From: a virus
Lineage: Duplodnaviria; Caudoviricetes
Strand: one strand, 5' to 3'
DNA length: 64,000 nt
IMG/VR virus record: IMGVR_UViG_2684622674_000004
Coordinates: 30,769-94,768 of that record
Part shown: positions 36,951 through 46,884 of the stretch, in pieces
Layout of the letters: the number at the start of each line of letters is the position of its first letter
Position numbering within the stretch: the first letter of the stretch is position 1
The notes under the pieces: generated by a model
The model's input: only the letters and a program-made list of their open reading frames with translations
What the model was told of the DNA's origin: nothing
Databases searched by the model: none
Position numbers and translations under genes: made by a program

Positions 36951-37125
36951 TAATGATTATCAACATCATCGAATAGAGCACCGAAATGGTGCATTATCAT
37001 ATCAAATGAGAATCAATATCATCAATGGGAGGGGGGATCGAATCTCTACAGCCCTTGTCCTACCGTACCGCCAGCCTCATTGGATTTTTTTACCCGCGTA
37101 AAATGAAATTAAAACTGGAGGGATT
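36948..37125. promoter_or_regulatory. Probable cos region with two Fur-box-like sites
   Basis: Lies between HNH and terS; G-run then TACCGCC..CC as in HK97/SfV-type cos; TGATAATGATTATCA at 36948. Confidence 0.55.
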
Positions 37126-37620
37126 ATGGCTGGAGCGCCGGGCCGATCCGGACGCCGAGCCAAGCCAACCGCCCGGAAGGAATTGGCGGGCAATCCGGGT
37201 AAACGTGCTCTGAATAAAGACGAACCTGCATTCACGCCGATTAAGGGCGTATCCCCGCCAGAGTGGTTCGAGGAAGAAGAGTTACACCTTGCCACTGTTA
37301 TGTGGCAGATGACGACAAAGGAGCTATGCAACCAAGGCATTCTTTGTATTACCGATCTAACTGTGCTGGAACGATGGTGTGTAGCGTATGAGTTTTGGCG
37401 CAGAGCGGTTCGTAAAATTGCCAAGCAGGGTAACGTAGTGACTGGTGCAACTGGTGGACCAATTAAGAACCCTGAACTAACGGCCAAGAAAGAGCAAGAG
37501 TCGGAGATGAGTAGCACAGGGGCAATGCTCGGGCTTGACCCCAGCAGTAGGCAACGCCTGATTGGTCTGGCTGGGCAAAAGAAATCCACAAACCCCTTCA
37601 TTAAGTTGATCACATCATGA
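37126..37620 (+). CDS. Terminase small subunit (P27 family)
   Basis: [28 protein letters not shown]. Confidence 0.92.
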   Translation: MAGAPGRSGRRAKPTARKELAGNPGKRALNKDEPAFTPIKGVSPPEWFEEEELHLATVMWQMTTKELCNQGILCITDLTVLERWCVAYEFWRRAVRKIAKQGNVVTGATGGPIKNPELTAKKEQESEMSSTGAMLGLDPSSRQRLIGLAGQKKSTNPFIKLITS

Positions 37621-39347
37621 CTAGAAAAGCATATCCGAATGTTAATGCGGCGAATCAGTACGCCCGTCATGTGGTGCAGGGGCGGATCGTTGCTTGCCGT
37701 TTTGTTATTGATGCCTGTCAGCGTCACATTGATGATCTGGCGGCAGAAAAAGGCCGTAAATTTAAATATAGATTCGATAAAGACCGCGCTGAGAAAGCTG
37801 CAAAGTTTATTCAACTGCTTCCCCACACTAAGGGGGAGTGGGCCTTTAAGAGAATGCCCATCACCTTAGAACCGTGGCAACTTTTTATCGTCTGCTGTGC
37901 GTTCGGTTGGCTGCATAAAGGCAGTAAGTTGCGTCGGTTCCGCGAGGTCTACACCGAGATACCCCGTAAAAATGGCAAATCAGCTATTTCCGCTGGGGTG
38001 GCACTATTCTGCTTTTCATGTGATGACGAGTTCGGTGCTGAGGTTTATTCCGGTGCCACGACCGAGAAGCAAGCGTGGGAAGTGTTCCGGCCAGCGCGCT
38101 TGATGTGCAAGCGTACACCGCTGCTCTGTGAAGCCTTTGGTATTGAGGTGAATGCTTCCAACATGAACCGGCCAGAAGATGGTGCGCGGTTTGAGCCGGT
38201 TATCGGTAACCCCGGTGACGGTTCATCGCCCAGTTGCGCCATCGTGGACGAGTATCACGAACACGAAACAGACTCACTCTACACCACCATGTTAACGGGG
38301 ATGGGGTCACGCAGACAGCCCATCATGTGGGCCATTACCACGGCTGGCTATAACATTGAAGGGCCGTGCTACGACAAGCGCCGAGAAGTTATTGAAATGC
38401 TTAACGGTACCGTCCCAAACGATGAACTGTTCGGGATCATCTATACCGTTGATGAGGGTGACGACTGGACATTACCAGCATCACTGAAGAAAGCTAACCC
38501 CAATATGGGGGTGTCTGTTTACAGTGATTTCTTACTGAGCCAGCAACAAAGGGCAATGAATAATGCCCGTCAAGCCAACATCTTTAAAACTAAACATTTG
38601 AATATATGGGTATCTGCCCGATCTGCATTCTTCAATATGGTGAGTTGGCGGGCTTGTGAAGATAGCACCCTGACACTGGAACAGTTTGAAGGTCAATCCT
38701 GTTATCTCTCTTTTGACCTGGCACGCAAGCTGGATATGAACTCCATGCCGCGCCTGTTTACCCGGACTATTGACGGGAAGCAACATTATTACTGTATCGC
38801 CCCTAAGTTCTGGGTGCCGTATGACACGGTATTCAGTGCTGATGTTGAGGATCGGCGCACTGCTGAGCGTTTCCAAAAGTGGGTAATTACCGGCCATCTT
38901 GAGGCTACTCCTGGTGCCGAAATAGATTACCGCGAAATTCTTGAGGCTGCCAAAGAGGTAAACCGTCTAAATCCAGTCGAAGAATCGCCTATTGATCCAC
39001 ACGGCGCAACCAACCTTTCTCACCATCTGGCTGAAGAGGGGTTAAGCCCGATCACTATCGTTCAGAACTATACAAACATGAGCGACGCCATGAAGGAACT
39101 GGAAGCCGCTGTTGAGTCTGGGCGCTTTCACCATGATGGCAACCCAATCATGACATGGTGCATCAGCAACGTAGTGGGTAAGTATCTGCCGGGCAACGAT
39201 GATGTGGTCAGGCCGATAAAAGAGGCTTCCGAGAACAAAATAGACGGTGCTGTTGCACTAATCATGGCGGTTGGCAGAGCAATGCTGAATACGCCGGGTG
39301 ATTTCCTTTCCAACCTCGATCCAGACGAAGAACTGCTTATCTTATGA
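37617..39347 (+). CDS. Terminase large subunit
   Basis: IPRKNGKS Walker [24 protein letters not shown]. Confidence 0.95.
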   Translation: MTRKAYPNVNAANQYARHVVQGRIVACRFVIDACQRHIDDLAAEKGRKFKYRFDKDRAEKAAKFIQLLPHTKGEWAFKRMPITLEPWQLFIVCCAFGWLHKGSKLRRFREVYTEIPRKNGKSAISAGVALFCFSCDDEFGAEVYSGATTEKQAWEVFRPARLMCKRTPLLCEAFGIEVNASNMNRPEDGARFEPVIGNPGDGSSPSCAIVDEYHEHETDSLYTTMLTGMGSRRQPIMWAITTAGYNIEGPCYDKRREVIEMLNGTVPNDELFGIIYTVDEGDDWTLPASLKKANPNMGVSVYSDFLLSQQQRAMNNARQANIFKTKHLNIWVSARSAFFNMVSWRACEDSTLTLEQFEGQSCYLSFDLARKLDMNSMPRLFTRTIDGKQHYYCIAPKFWVPYDTVFSADVEDRRTAERFQKWVITGHLEATPGAEIDYREILEAAKEVNRLNPVEESPIDPHGATNLSHHLAEEGLSPITIVQNYTNMSDAMKELEAAVESGRFHHDGNPIMTWCISNVVGKYLPGNDDVVRPIKEASENKIDGAVALIMAVGRAMLNTPGDFLSNLDPDEELLIL

Positions 39348-39505
39348 AATCACTGATTATCGACATTATCGGGGTAGCCGGTTTCGGTTTACTCATGGCG
39401 GGGCTTTATCTGCAATTTGGCACAGCGACGGCATTACAGTGCGCGGGTGGTGGAATGCTGATTTTTGCACTGTTCGCCGCAAGGAGACAATACCGTGCTA
39501 CTTGA
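39344..39505 (+). CDS. Small membrane protein between terL and portal (absent from the ORF track)
   Basis: [25 protein letters not shown]...; ATGA overlap with terL. Confidence 0.7.
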   Translation: MKSLIIDIIGVAGFGLLMAGLYLQFGTATALQCAGGGMLIFALFAARRQYRAT

Positions 39506-40724
39506 TGCCTTATTTCGTAGTAACCCGCTGGAGAACCCAGCTAACCCGTTAACGGGTGAGTCAGCAGAAGATGCTGGCTTCTTTAAGTCTGATGTCTTTG
39601 TCAGCCCGGAAACTGCCATGAAACTGGGGGCGGTTTATGCCTGTATTTATGTTCTGTCCTCCACGCTGGCGCAGATGCCGTTGCATGTGATGCGTAAAAC
39701 AGGAAACACGGTTGAAGTGGCGCGAGATCACCCGGTTTTTTACCTGGTACATGATGAGCCTAACGCCTGGCAAACCAGTTACAAATGGCGGGAATTAAAG
39801 GAACGCCATGTGCTTGGTTGGGGGAATGGTTTCACCAAAGTAGTGCGCTCACGGCGCGGTGAGATAGTTAGCCTTGAAGCCTGCATGCCATGGGAAACCA
39901 CCCTGTTAAATACTGGCGGTCGCTACACCTACGGCGTTTATAACGACCAAGGTACCTTTGCTGTCAGCCCTGACGACATGATCCACATTCGGGCGCTGGG
40001 CAACAATCAGAAAATGGGGCTAAGCCCTATCCTGCAACATGCTGAGACTATCGGCATGGGCATGAGTGGACAGAAATATACCAGCAACTTCTTCAACGGT
40101 AATGCTCGCCCGGCTGGGATTGTGTCGGTTAAAGGTGAATTAAATAAAGACTCTTGGGCAAGATTAAAAGACATGTGGCAAAAAGCAGCAGCAGCACTTC
40201 GAAATGAAGAAAATAAGACCATGTTGATACCTGCTGATCTGGATTATAAGGCGTTGACGGTTTCGCCGGTTGATGCCCAGATCATTGACATGCTCAAACT
40301 GAACCGCTCCCAGATAGCGGGGATTTTCAATATACCGGCCCACATGATAAATGACCTGGAAAAGGCCACTTTCTCCAACATTACCCAGCAGTCTATTCAG
40401 TTTGTGCGTCACACGGTCATGCCATGGATTGTGAACTGGGAGCAGGAATTAAACCGCCGGCTGTTTACTCGAGCAGAGCGGGCGGCGGGTTACTACGTCC
40501 GCTTTAATCTGGCCGGTTTGTTGCGTGGTACTCCGCAAGAACGCGCCAATTTCTACCATTTCGCCATTACTGATGGCTGGATGTCGCGCAATGAGGCCCG
40601 CGCCTTTGAAGATATGAACCCGGTAGACGGTCTTGATGAAATGCTGGTTAGCGTAAATGCGGCCAAATTAACCACTTCAAATACTGATATCGACCCCAAC
40701 GATAAAGGATTGAGCAATGAGTGA
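39495..40724 (+). CDS. Portal protein (HK97 family)
   Basis: GTG after AAGGAG; AVYACI, G.SP, FF.NG/NARP.G, IA.IF.IP, NEAR..ED..P..G.DE. Confidence 0.93.
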   Translation: MLLDALFRSNPLENPANPLTGESAEDAGFFKSDVFVSPETAMKLGAVYACIYVLSSTLAQMPLHVMRKTGNTVEVARDHPVFYLVHDEPNAWQTSYKWRELKERHVLGWGNGFTKVVRSRRGEIVSLEACMPWETTLLNTGGRYTYGVYNDQGTFAVSPDDMIHIRALGNNQKMGLSPILQHAETIGMGMSGQKYTSNFFNGNARPAGIVSVKGELNKDSWARLKDMWQKAAAALRNEENKTMLIPADLDYKALTVSPVDAQIIDMLKLNRSQIAGIFNIPAHMINDLEKATFSNITQQSIQFVRHTVMPWIVNWEQELNRRLFTRAERAAGYYVRFNLAGLLRGTPQERANFYHFAITDGWMSRNEARAFEDMNPVDGLDEMLVSVNAAKLTTSNTDIDPNDKGLSNE

Positions 40725-41316
40725 GACAGAAAAACGCTGTTATAGCGGGGAGGTACGGGCAGAACAGCGAGAGAATGAGCCAACCCGCATTATTGGCTAC
40801 GGCTCAGTGTTCAATACCCGTTCAGAACCACTGTGGGGATTTCGCGAAATCATTAAGCCTGGCGCATTCGATGATGTGCTGGGTAATGACGTTCGCGGGC
40901 TATTTAACCATGACCCCAACTTTATTCTGGGTCGCAGTAGCGCTAACACGCTCACTTTATCGGTCGATGAGCGCGGTCTGCAATACAACATTGTGGCCCC
41001 TGACACACAAACTATTCGCGACCTGGTTATCGCACCAATGTTGCGTGGCGATATCACCCAATCTTCATTTGCTTTCTCAATCGCCCGCGATGGTGAGAGC
41101 TGGTACGAGGATGAAGAAGGGATTGTTATTCGTGAGATTTCTAAATTTTCTCGGCTGTATGACGTTAGCCCCGTCACTTATGCAGCCTACCAGGACGCTG
41201 ATTCAGGTGTCCGCTCCATGCAAGCCTGGCAGGAAGCGCGAGATAGCGGCGCGCTAAAACAAGCCATTAACCACAAAATGGCGCGTGAGCGCCTGCTGAC
41301 TTTGATTAACGCCTAA
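40717..41316 (+). CDS. Prohead protease (HK97 family)
   Basis: GYGSVFN..S, LFNHD, SSFAF, DVSPVT..AY. Confidence 0.92.
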   Translation: MSETEKRCYSGEVRAEQRENEPTRIIGYGSVFNTRSEPLWGFREIIKPGAFDDVLGNDVRGLFNHDPNFILGRSSANTLTLSVDERGLQYNIVAPDTQTIRDLVIAPMLRGDITQSSFAFSIARDGESWYEDEEGIVIREISKFSRLYDVSPVTYAAYQDADSGVRSMQAWQEARDSGALKQAINHKMARERLLTLINA

Positions 41317-41328
41317 GGAAATAAATGT

Positions 41329-42561
41329 ATGCCTATGAAATTGCACGATATTAAGCAGAAGCGTAATACCATTTCAACGGATATGCGCGCTTTGCATGAC
41401 AGTATTGGTGATAACGCCTGGACTGATGAGCAGCGAACCAATTGGAACAAGGCAAAAACCGAGCTTCAGGCGCTCGATGATCAAATCTCGCGTGAAGAAG
41501 AGTTGCGAAGCCTAGATCAACAATTTGTTCAGGAGCAGGAGCAAGAACAGCGCCAACGGACTGACACACCAGAGGGCCAGCAACAAGAGCAGCGCCAAAA
41601 AGCATTTAACAAGTTCTTGCGTCATGGGCAAAGTGAACTGAGTGCCGAAGAGCGCAGCGCTTTGCGCGAGTTACGTGCGCAAGGTACTGCCCCTAATGAA
41701 AAAGGGGGTTACACCGTCCCAACCCAATTCCGCGCAATGATTGTCGAGGCCATGAAAGCCTACGGTGGCATTGCCAGTGTTGCTCAGATCATGAATACCG
41801 ATAATGGGCAGGATATTGAATGGGCTACCTCTGACGGCACTACAGAGGAAGGGGAGCTGTTGGGTGAAAACACCGAAACCAGCGAACAGGATGTTGAGTT
41901 CGGTTCTGGCTCACTCGGTGCTAAAAAGCTGTCGTCTAAAATAATTCGTATTTCTAATGAGTTACTTCAGGATAGTGGCGTCAATATTGAAGCATTTTTG
42001 GCTGGCCGTATTGCTCAGCGCATTGGGCGCGGCGAGGCTAAATATCTTGTTCAGGGGACCGGCGCGGGTACGCCAGTGCAACCCAAAGGCTTGGTGACTT
42101 CTGTCACGGGCGTCACTCCAACAGCAGCGGCCACTACATTTACATGGAAAGAAATGAATGCTCTCAAGCACTCCATCGATCCCGCGTATCGTAATGGTCC
42201 GAAATTCCGTTGGGCATTCAATGATTCAACATTGAAAACCCTCACCGAAATGGAAGATCTGCAAGGTCGTCCACTGTGGTTGCCTGAAATCATTGGTGGT
42301 GCGCCAGCAACCGTATTGCAGGTGCCTTACGTGATTGATCAGGCAATCGACAACATTGCTGCTGGTAAGAAATTTATGTTCTGTGGCGACTTTGATCGTT
42401 TCATTGTTCGTCGTATCACTTACATGACATTGAAACGCCTGGTAGAACGTTATGCCGAATTTGACCAGACCGGCTTCCTCGCCTTCCATCGTTTTGACTG
42501 CATTCTGGAAGATACCGCCGCTATTAAAGCGCTGGTGGGTAAACCTGCTGCGGGTGGCTAA
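41329..42561 (+). CDS. Major capsid protein (HK97 fold with delta domain)
   Basis: GGYTVP, IS.ELLQDS, D..GRPLW.P, GDF, F.RFD. Confidence 0.94.
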   Translation: MPMKLHDIKQKRNTISTDMRALHDSIGDNAWTDEQRTNWNKAKTELQALDDQISREEELRSLDQQFVQEQEQEQRQRTDTPEGQQQEQRQKAFNKFLRHGQSELSAEERSALRELRAQGTAPNEKGGYTVPTQFRAMIVEAMKAYGGIASVAQIMNTDNGQDIEWATSDGTTEEGELLGENTETSEQDVEFGSGSLGAKKLSSKIIRISNELLQDSGVNIEAFLAGRIAQRIGRGEAKYLVQGTGAGTPVQPKGLVTSVTGVTPTAAATTFTWKEMNALKHSIDPAYRNGPKFRWAFNDSTLKTLTEMEDLQGRPLWLPEIIGGAPATVLQVPYVIDQAIDNIAAGKKFMFCGDFDRFIVRRITYMTLKRLVERYAEFDQTGFLAFHRFDCILEDTAAIKALVGKPAAGG

Positions 42562-42582
42562 TTTCACTTGGATTTAAAACAT

Positions 42583-42602
42583 GCCGCTTTTGCGGTTTTT
42601 TT
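42583..42602 (+). terminator. Terminator after the capsid gene
   Basis: GCCGC-TTTT-GCGGT followed by a T tract. Confidence 0.7.
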
Positions 42603-42644
42603 ATGCCCGCAATCTGGGTTCAGGTTGCGGGCATGGAGGTTTTC

Positions 42645-42962
42645 ATGTTGTTAACACTGCCAGAAATTAAGGCTCAGTGTCGTCTGGATGCTGATTTTGA
42701 CCATGAAAATGACCTGTTAACCTTGATTGGCGGCGCAGCAGAAAAACGGGTCATCAGCTACACCAACCGTAAATTATATGCGGGTGCGGTCCCCGAAACA
42801 GACCCTGACGGGCTAGTTCTTGAGGATGATATCAAGTTGGCCATGCTGCATCTTGTCAGCCATTGGTATGAAAACCGCTCATCTGTCAGTGATTTTGAGC
42901 AGTCAGAAGTTCCGATGAGCTTCTACTTCCTCGTTGGCCCATACAGGTTTATTCCGCTATGA
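42645..42962 (+). CDS. Head-tail connector (gp6-like)
   Basis: IK.QCRLD, LV.HWYENR, PYRFIPL. Confidence 0.9.
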   Translation: MLLTLPEIKAQCRLDADFDHENDLLTLIGGAAEKRVISYTNRKLYAGAVPETDPDGLVLEDDIKLAMLHLVSHWYENRSSVSDFEQSEVPMSFYFLVGPYRFIPL

Positions 42963-43351
42963 CTCAACGCCGATTTACTGAAATCAATGCTACCTATCGG
43001 CCACCGGCCCCCGGCGAACTAAACAAACGCGCCCAGTTTCGCACCCGCGAAGATGTACCCGGCAACGATCATATGGGGGTTGATACCGTCTACCACAATA
43101 CATTCGATACCTGGGCGAAGCTGTCAGCTATTGGTGATTCTGTCCGTATCGGTTCGGTGCAGATAGATGTCGCTATTACGCACCGCATTGTTATCCGCTA
43201 CCGAACGGGTGTCACCACGGATGATGAAGTGGTTATCAATAAAATGGTTTATCGGGTCAAGGGAACCACCAACCTGAATGAAGCCAGCCGCTTTCTGGTT
43301 ATCACTGCTGAAGAACTGGGTACCGTGGAAGTTATTGGGGAGGGGCATTAA
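42959..43351 (+). CDS. Head closure protein
   Basis: GELNKR, WAK, THRIVIRYR. Confidence 0.85.
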   Translation: MTQRRFTEINATYRPPAPGELNKRAQFRTREDVPGNDHMGVDTVYHNTFDTWAKLSAIGDSVRIGSVQIDVAITHRIVIRYRTGVTTDDEVVINKMVYRVKGTTNLNEASRFLVITAEELGTVEVIGEGH

Positions 43352-43875
43352 TGGGAATGGAAAGTTCTACCAGCGGTTTATATTTGCACGTTGATTTTGA
43401 TAAACCTAAAGAGCTGGAATTCAACCAGAAAAGGGTCAGAAACGCCTTTGCTAAAGTGGGGCGGGGTGTGCAAGACGAGGCGCGGCGGCTAGTGGCACGC
43501 CATGCCATATCAAAGGCTGGCGAAGCACCCGGCACCCGAACTGGCGGGCTATCACGATCCATCGGCTATAAAGTCCCCTCACCATCAGACGGTCGGCCGG
43601 GATTTATGGTGCGTATCGCCCCCAACCAAAAAGGGGGCAGGCGAGCAACCAGATTACCTTCTGGGGATGACGATGATTTCTATCCCGCTTTCCTGTTCTA
43701 CGGCGTGAAACGCAAGGCCAAGCGAGGTAGGAGTCACCGAAAAGGTGCTTCAGGTGGCAGCGGCTGGAAAATTGCTCCCCGTAAAAACTTCATGACAGAG
43801 GCGCTAGAAAATCGGCGCTTATGGGCTGAGAAAGTCCTGTTCAGTGCACTAAAAAAATCAGTGGTGGTTAAATGA
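43351..43875 (+). CDS. Neck/tail completion protein (gp10-like)
   Basis: S..GE.PG.RTG.L.RSI, FYPAFL.YG, APR.NFM. Confidence 0.8.
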   Translation: MGMESSTSGLYLHVDFDKPKELEFNQKRVRNAFAKVGRGVQDEARRLVARHAISKAGEAPGTRTGGLSRSIGYKVPSPSDGRPGFMVRIAPNQKGGRRATRLPSGDDDDFYPAFLFYGVKRKAKRGRSHRKGASGGSGWKIAPRKNFMTEALENRRLWAEKVLFSALKKSVVVK

Positions 43876-44423
43876 AATTATCACTCGTTATTGCTGCTCT
43901 ACGGCTACGTTGCCCGACATTTGAGGGGCGAGTGTCTGGGGCGGCAGAATATGAGTTGCTCCTCGAAAATGGCAAGATGGCACTACCCAGCGCGTGGATT
44001 ATCCCGACTAACGATACCGCCGGTGAACAGCGCTCAAAAACGGACTATTGGCAGACGATTACCGATGGATTTGCCGTAGTTGTTGTGGTGAATAACAGTG
44101 CGGATCAGCGAGGTCAAAAAGCGGCATTTGATGCTGTGCATGATTTGCGCGCTGAGTTGTTTAAAGCGCTATTGGGTTGGCAACCAGAACCGTGTTATGA
44201 CCCGATTCAGTATGATGGCGGTAATCTGCTGGACACCAACCGTGCTCACCTTTATTTCCAGTACGACTTCTCTGCCAAAATTGAGATATCCGAAGAAGAT
44301 CCCCGCCAATGGGATGACCTTCAGCAGCTTGAAGAGTTGAAGCAAATCATGGTTGATGTCGATTTTATGACCCCTGACGGCACCATTGAACACAAGTTAA
44401 ACATCCCCCTTAACGACGAGTAA
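43872..44423 (+). CDS. Tail terminator (Mu gp37-like)
   Basis: ALR.RCP.F..RV.GAA, ALLGW.P, YDGG. Confidence 0.8.
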   Translation: MKLSLVIAALRLRCPTFEGRVSGAAEYELLLENGKMALPSAWIIPTNDTAGEQRSKTDYWQTITDGFAVVVVVNNSADQRGQKAAFDAVHDLRAELFKALLGWQPEPCYDPIQYDGGNLLDTNRAHLYFQYDFSAKIEISEEDPRQWDDLQQLEELKQIMVDVDFMTPDGTIEHKLNIPLNDE

Positions 44424-44429
44424 CCCCTT

Positions 44430-44636
44430 ATGCATGTGATCCCCAAAGATGGCCGGTCAGTTCCTGACCCGGTCAGAGGTGACTTTTTGCCCGCAGAGGG
44501 CCGAAACGTCGATGAGAATATTTACTGGCACCGCCGGATAGCGTCAGGAGAAGTGACCGTAAAGGCCGCAGAACCTGAAGATATCGCACCACCGGCACCC
44601 ATCGTTCAACCTGAGCAGAAGGCCAAAAAACAATGA
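44430..44636 (+). CDS. DUF2635 (Mu gp38-like) protein
   Basis: GRSVPDP.RGD.LP.EGR.V....YW.RR...G.V. Confidence 0.85.
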   Translation: MHVIPKDGRSVPDPVRGDFLPAEGRNVDENIYWHRRIASGEVTVKAAEPEDIAPPAPIVQPEQKAKKQ

Positions 44637-46126
44637 TCAGCTTTAACAACATCCCTAATGATTTACGGGTGCCGTTGTTCTCTGCCGAAATGGACAACAG
44701 CGCGGCGAATACGGCACAGGACAGCGGGCCTTCGCTCATTATCGCCCACGCACTGGCAACCAGTTCGATTGAAAAGAATACGCTCGTCATTATGCCGTCG
44801 GCAGATCGGGCGGGGCAGGTGGCCGGACGGGGGAGTCAGCTGGCCCGAATGGTGGCCGCATACCGTGCTGTCGATCCCTTTGGTGAGTTGTGGGTGGTTG
44901 CCGTCCCTGAAGTAGCGAGCACCCCAGCAACCGGCACACTCACTGTCATCGGTACCGCGCAAGCCTCCGGCACATTGTCGATTTATATCGGCTCTACTCG
45001 GGTGCAAGTCGTGGTTACTGCGCTGGATACTCCTGCAATTATCGGTGCCAGCATCGCTGCGGCGGTTAATGCTCTGCTTGATTTGCCGATTACCGCAGTT
45101 GCGGCTGCGGGCGTCGTTACTCTTACAGCCAAAAACAGCGGGCTTACTGGTAACGGTTTGCCAATCAGCCTGAACTATCGCGGTACTGTCGGTGGTGAGC
45201 AGAACCCCTCTGGCGTGAATGTGGATATTGTTCCACTGGCTGGCGGGGCCGGTGCACCAAACCTGTCTGCCACTATTGCCACGCTGGGTGATGAGCTGTT
45301 TGATTTTATCGCTTTCCCGTTTAATGACTCGGCATCACTGACCACTATCGGCAAAGAGATGAACGACGATACCGGGCGCTGGAGCTGGTCACGGCAGTTA
45401 TATGGCCATGTGTATACCGCGAAAGTTGGCGAGTTGTCGGATCTGGTGGCTTTTGGTGCCACGTATAACGACCCACATCTGACCATTGCTGGCTATGAAA
45501 CGGGCGTGCAGATGGCAACGGATGAGCTGATTGCGGCGCGAACAGCGCGTAATTCGGTGTTCATTCGTAACGATCCGGCACGACCAACGCAAACCGGCTT
45601 GCTGAATGGCGCATTACCGGCCCCGGTGGGCACGCGTTTCATTCTGTCAGAGCAACAATCGCTGTTAACTCATGGCATCGCCACGGCTTATAGCGAGGGC
45701 GGGGTGTTGCGTATTCAGCGCGATATCACCACTTATCAGAAGAATACCTACGGCAATGCCGATAACAGTTTCCTTGATAGTGAGACGCTGCATACCAGCG
45801 CCTATGTGTTGCGCCGGTTAAAGTCGGTTATCACCAGCAAATATCCACGGCATAAGCTGGCTAACGATGGCACTCGCTTCGGTGCAGGTCAGGCGATTGT
45901 CACGCCCAAGGTGATCCGTGGGGAATTGCTTTCCATTTATCGCCAACTGGAACGCGCGGGCATTGTTGAGAACTTTGATCTGTTCAATCAATACCTGATT
46001 GTTGAACGCAACGCTGATAACCCTAACCGGCTCGATGTGCTGTTCCCACCTGATTATGTGAACCAACTGCGAGTGTTCGCGGTACTTAATCAGTTCCGTC
46101 TGCAATATAGCGAAGAGGTTGTCTAA
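44633..46126 (+). CDS. Contractile tail sheath protein (Mu gpL-like)
   Basis: G.GSQLARM, DPARP.QT, ITTYQKN.YG..D.S.LD.ET, NQLRVFA...QFRLQ. Confidence 0.94.
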   Translation: MISFNNIPNDLRVPLFSAEMDNSAANTAQDSGPSLIIAHALATSSIEKNTLVIMPSADRAGQVAGRGSQLARMVAAYRAVDPFGELWVVAVPEVASTPATGTLTVIGTAQASGTLSIYIGSTRVQVVVTALDTPAIIGASIAAAVNALLDLPITAVAAAGVVTLTAKNSGLTGNGLPISLNYRGTVGGEQNPSGVNVDIVPLAGGAGAPNLSATIATLGDELFDFIAFPFNDSASLTTIGKEMNDDTGRWSWSRQLYGHVYTAKVGELSDLVAFGATYNDPHLTIAGYETGVQMATDELIAARTARNSVFIRNDPARPTQTGLLNGALPAPVGTRFILSEQQSLLTHGIATAYSEGGVLRIQRDITTYQKNTYGNADNSFLDSETLHTSAYVLRRLKSVITSKYPRHKLANDGTRFGAGQAIVTPKVIRGELLSIYRQLERAGIVENFDLFNQYLIVERNADNPNRLDVLFPPDYVNQLRVFAVLNQFRLQYSEEVV

Positions 46127-46483
46127 ATGGCTCGAATTGGCGGCACGTGCTTTTTCAAAATTGATGGTCAGCAATTATCTCTGACCGGCGGCATTGAGGT
46201 GCCAATGAATACGGCGGTGAAGGACGATGTGATCGGTCTTGATGGATCAGTGGATTACAAAGAAACTCATCGCGCCCCTTATACCAAAGGGACATTCAAA
46301 GTTCCGAAAGACTACCCCATCAGCAAGATCACTTCCGCAGATAACATGACCATTACCAGTGAGCTGGCGAACGGTCAGGTATATGTACTTTCCAGCGGCT
46401 GGTTGCATGGCGAAGCGAACCATAATGCTGAGGAAGGCACGGTAGATATGGAATTCCACGGGCAAGAGGGCTTTTACCAATGA
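46127..46483 (+). CDS. Tail tube protein (Mu gpM-like)
   Basis: IGGTC..KIDG.Q, YKE, ELANG.VY.L. Confidence 0.9.
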   Translation: MARIGGTCFFKIDGQQLSLTGGIEVPMNTAVKDDVIGLDGSVDYKETHRAPYTKGTFKVPKDYPISKITSADNMTITSELANGQVYVLSSGWLHGEANHNAEEGTVDMEFHGQEGFYQ

Positions 46484-46761
46484 TTGTGACATTAACCAAA
46501 GAAATAACCGTTGGTGGTGAGAAGGTCAAAGAGTTAAATATTCGCGCACCTGAATATGATGAAATTGCCAAGTTTGGTATGCCGTTCTCTTACTCGGATA
46601 ACGGCAGCGCTAAAATTGACATGAGTTGTACGCTGGCATATTTACCGGTACTGGCCGACATTCCCACTTCATCAGCTAAGCAACTATTGCCGAAAGACCT
46701 GATCACCATATCAATGCAGATAGTCGGTTTTTTTACGGCATCAGAAGTGTCGGTGAGCTAA
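46480..46761 (+). CDS. Tail assembly chaperone; -1 frameshift at T7 (46728-46734) extends it to 46895
   Basis: ...IVGFF at GGTTTTTTT; -1 frame is open (YGIRS...IAYFWRMNP...) until TAG 46893, overlapping the TMP start. Confidence 0.82.
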   Translation: MIVTLTKEITVGGEKVKELNIRAPEYDEIAKFGMPFSYSDNGSAKIDMSCTLAYLPVLADIPTSSAKQLLPKDLITISMQIVGFFTASEVSVS

Positions 46762-46884
46762 CTAGCCGCATTTATAACATTGCCTATTTTTGGCGAATGA
46801 ACCCCCTTACCGTCATGGCTTGCCCTCTATCCAAAATATTTGAGATGGAGGCGCAGGCTGAACGCATTAATACGGAGCTGAGTA

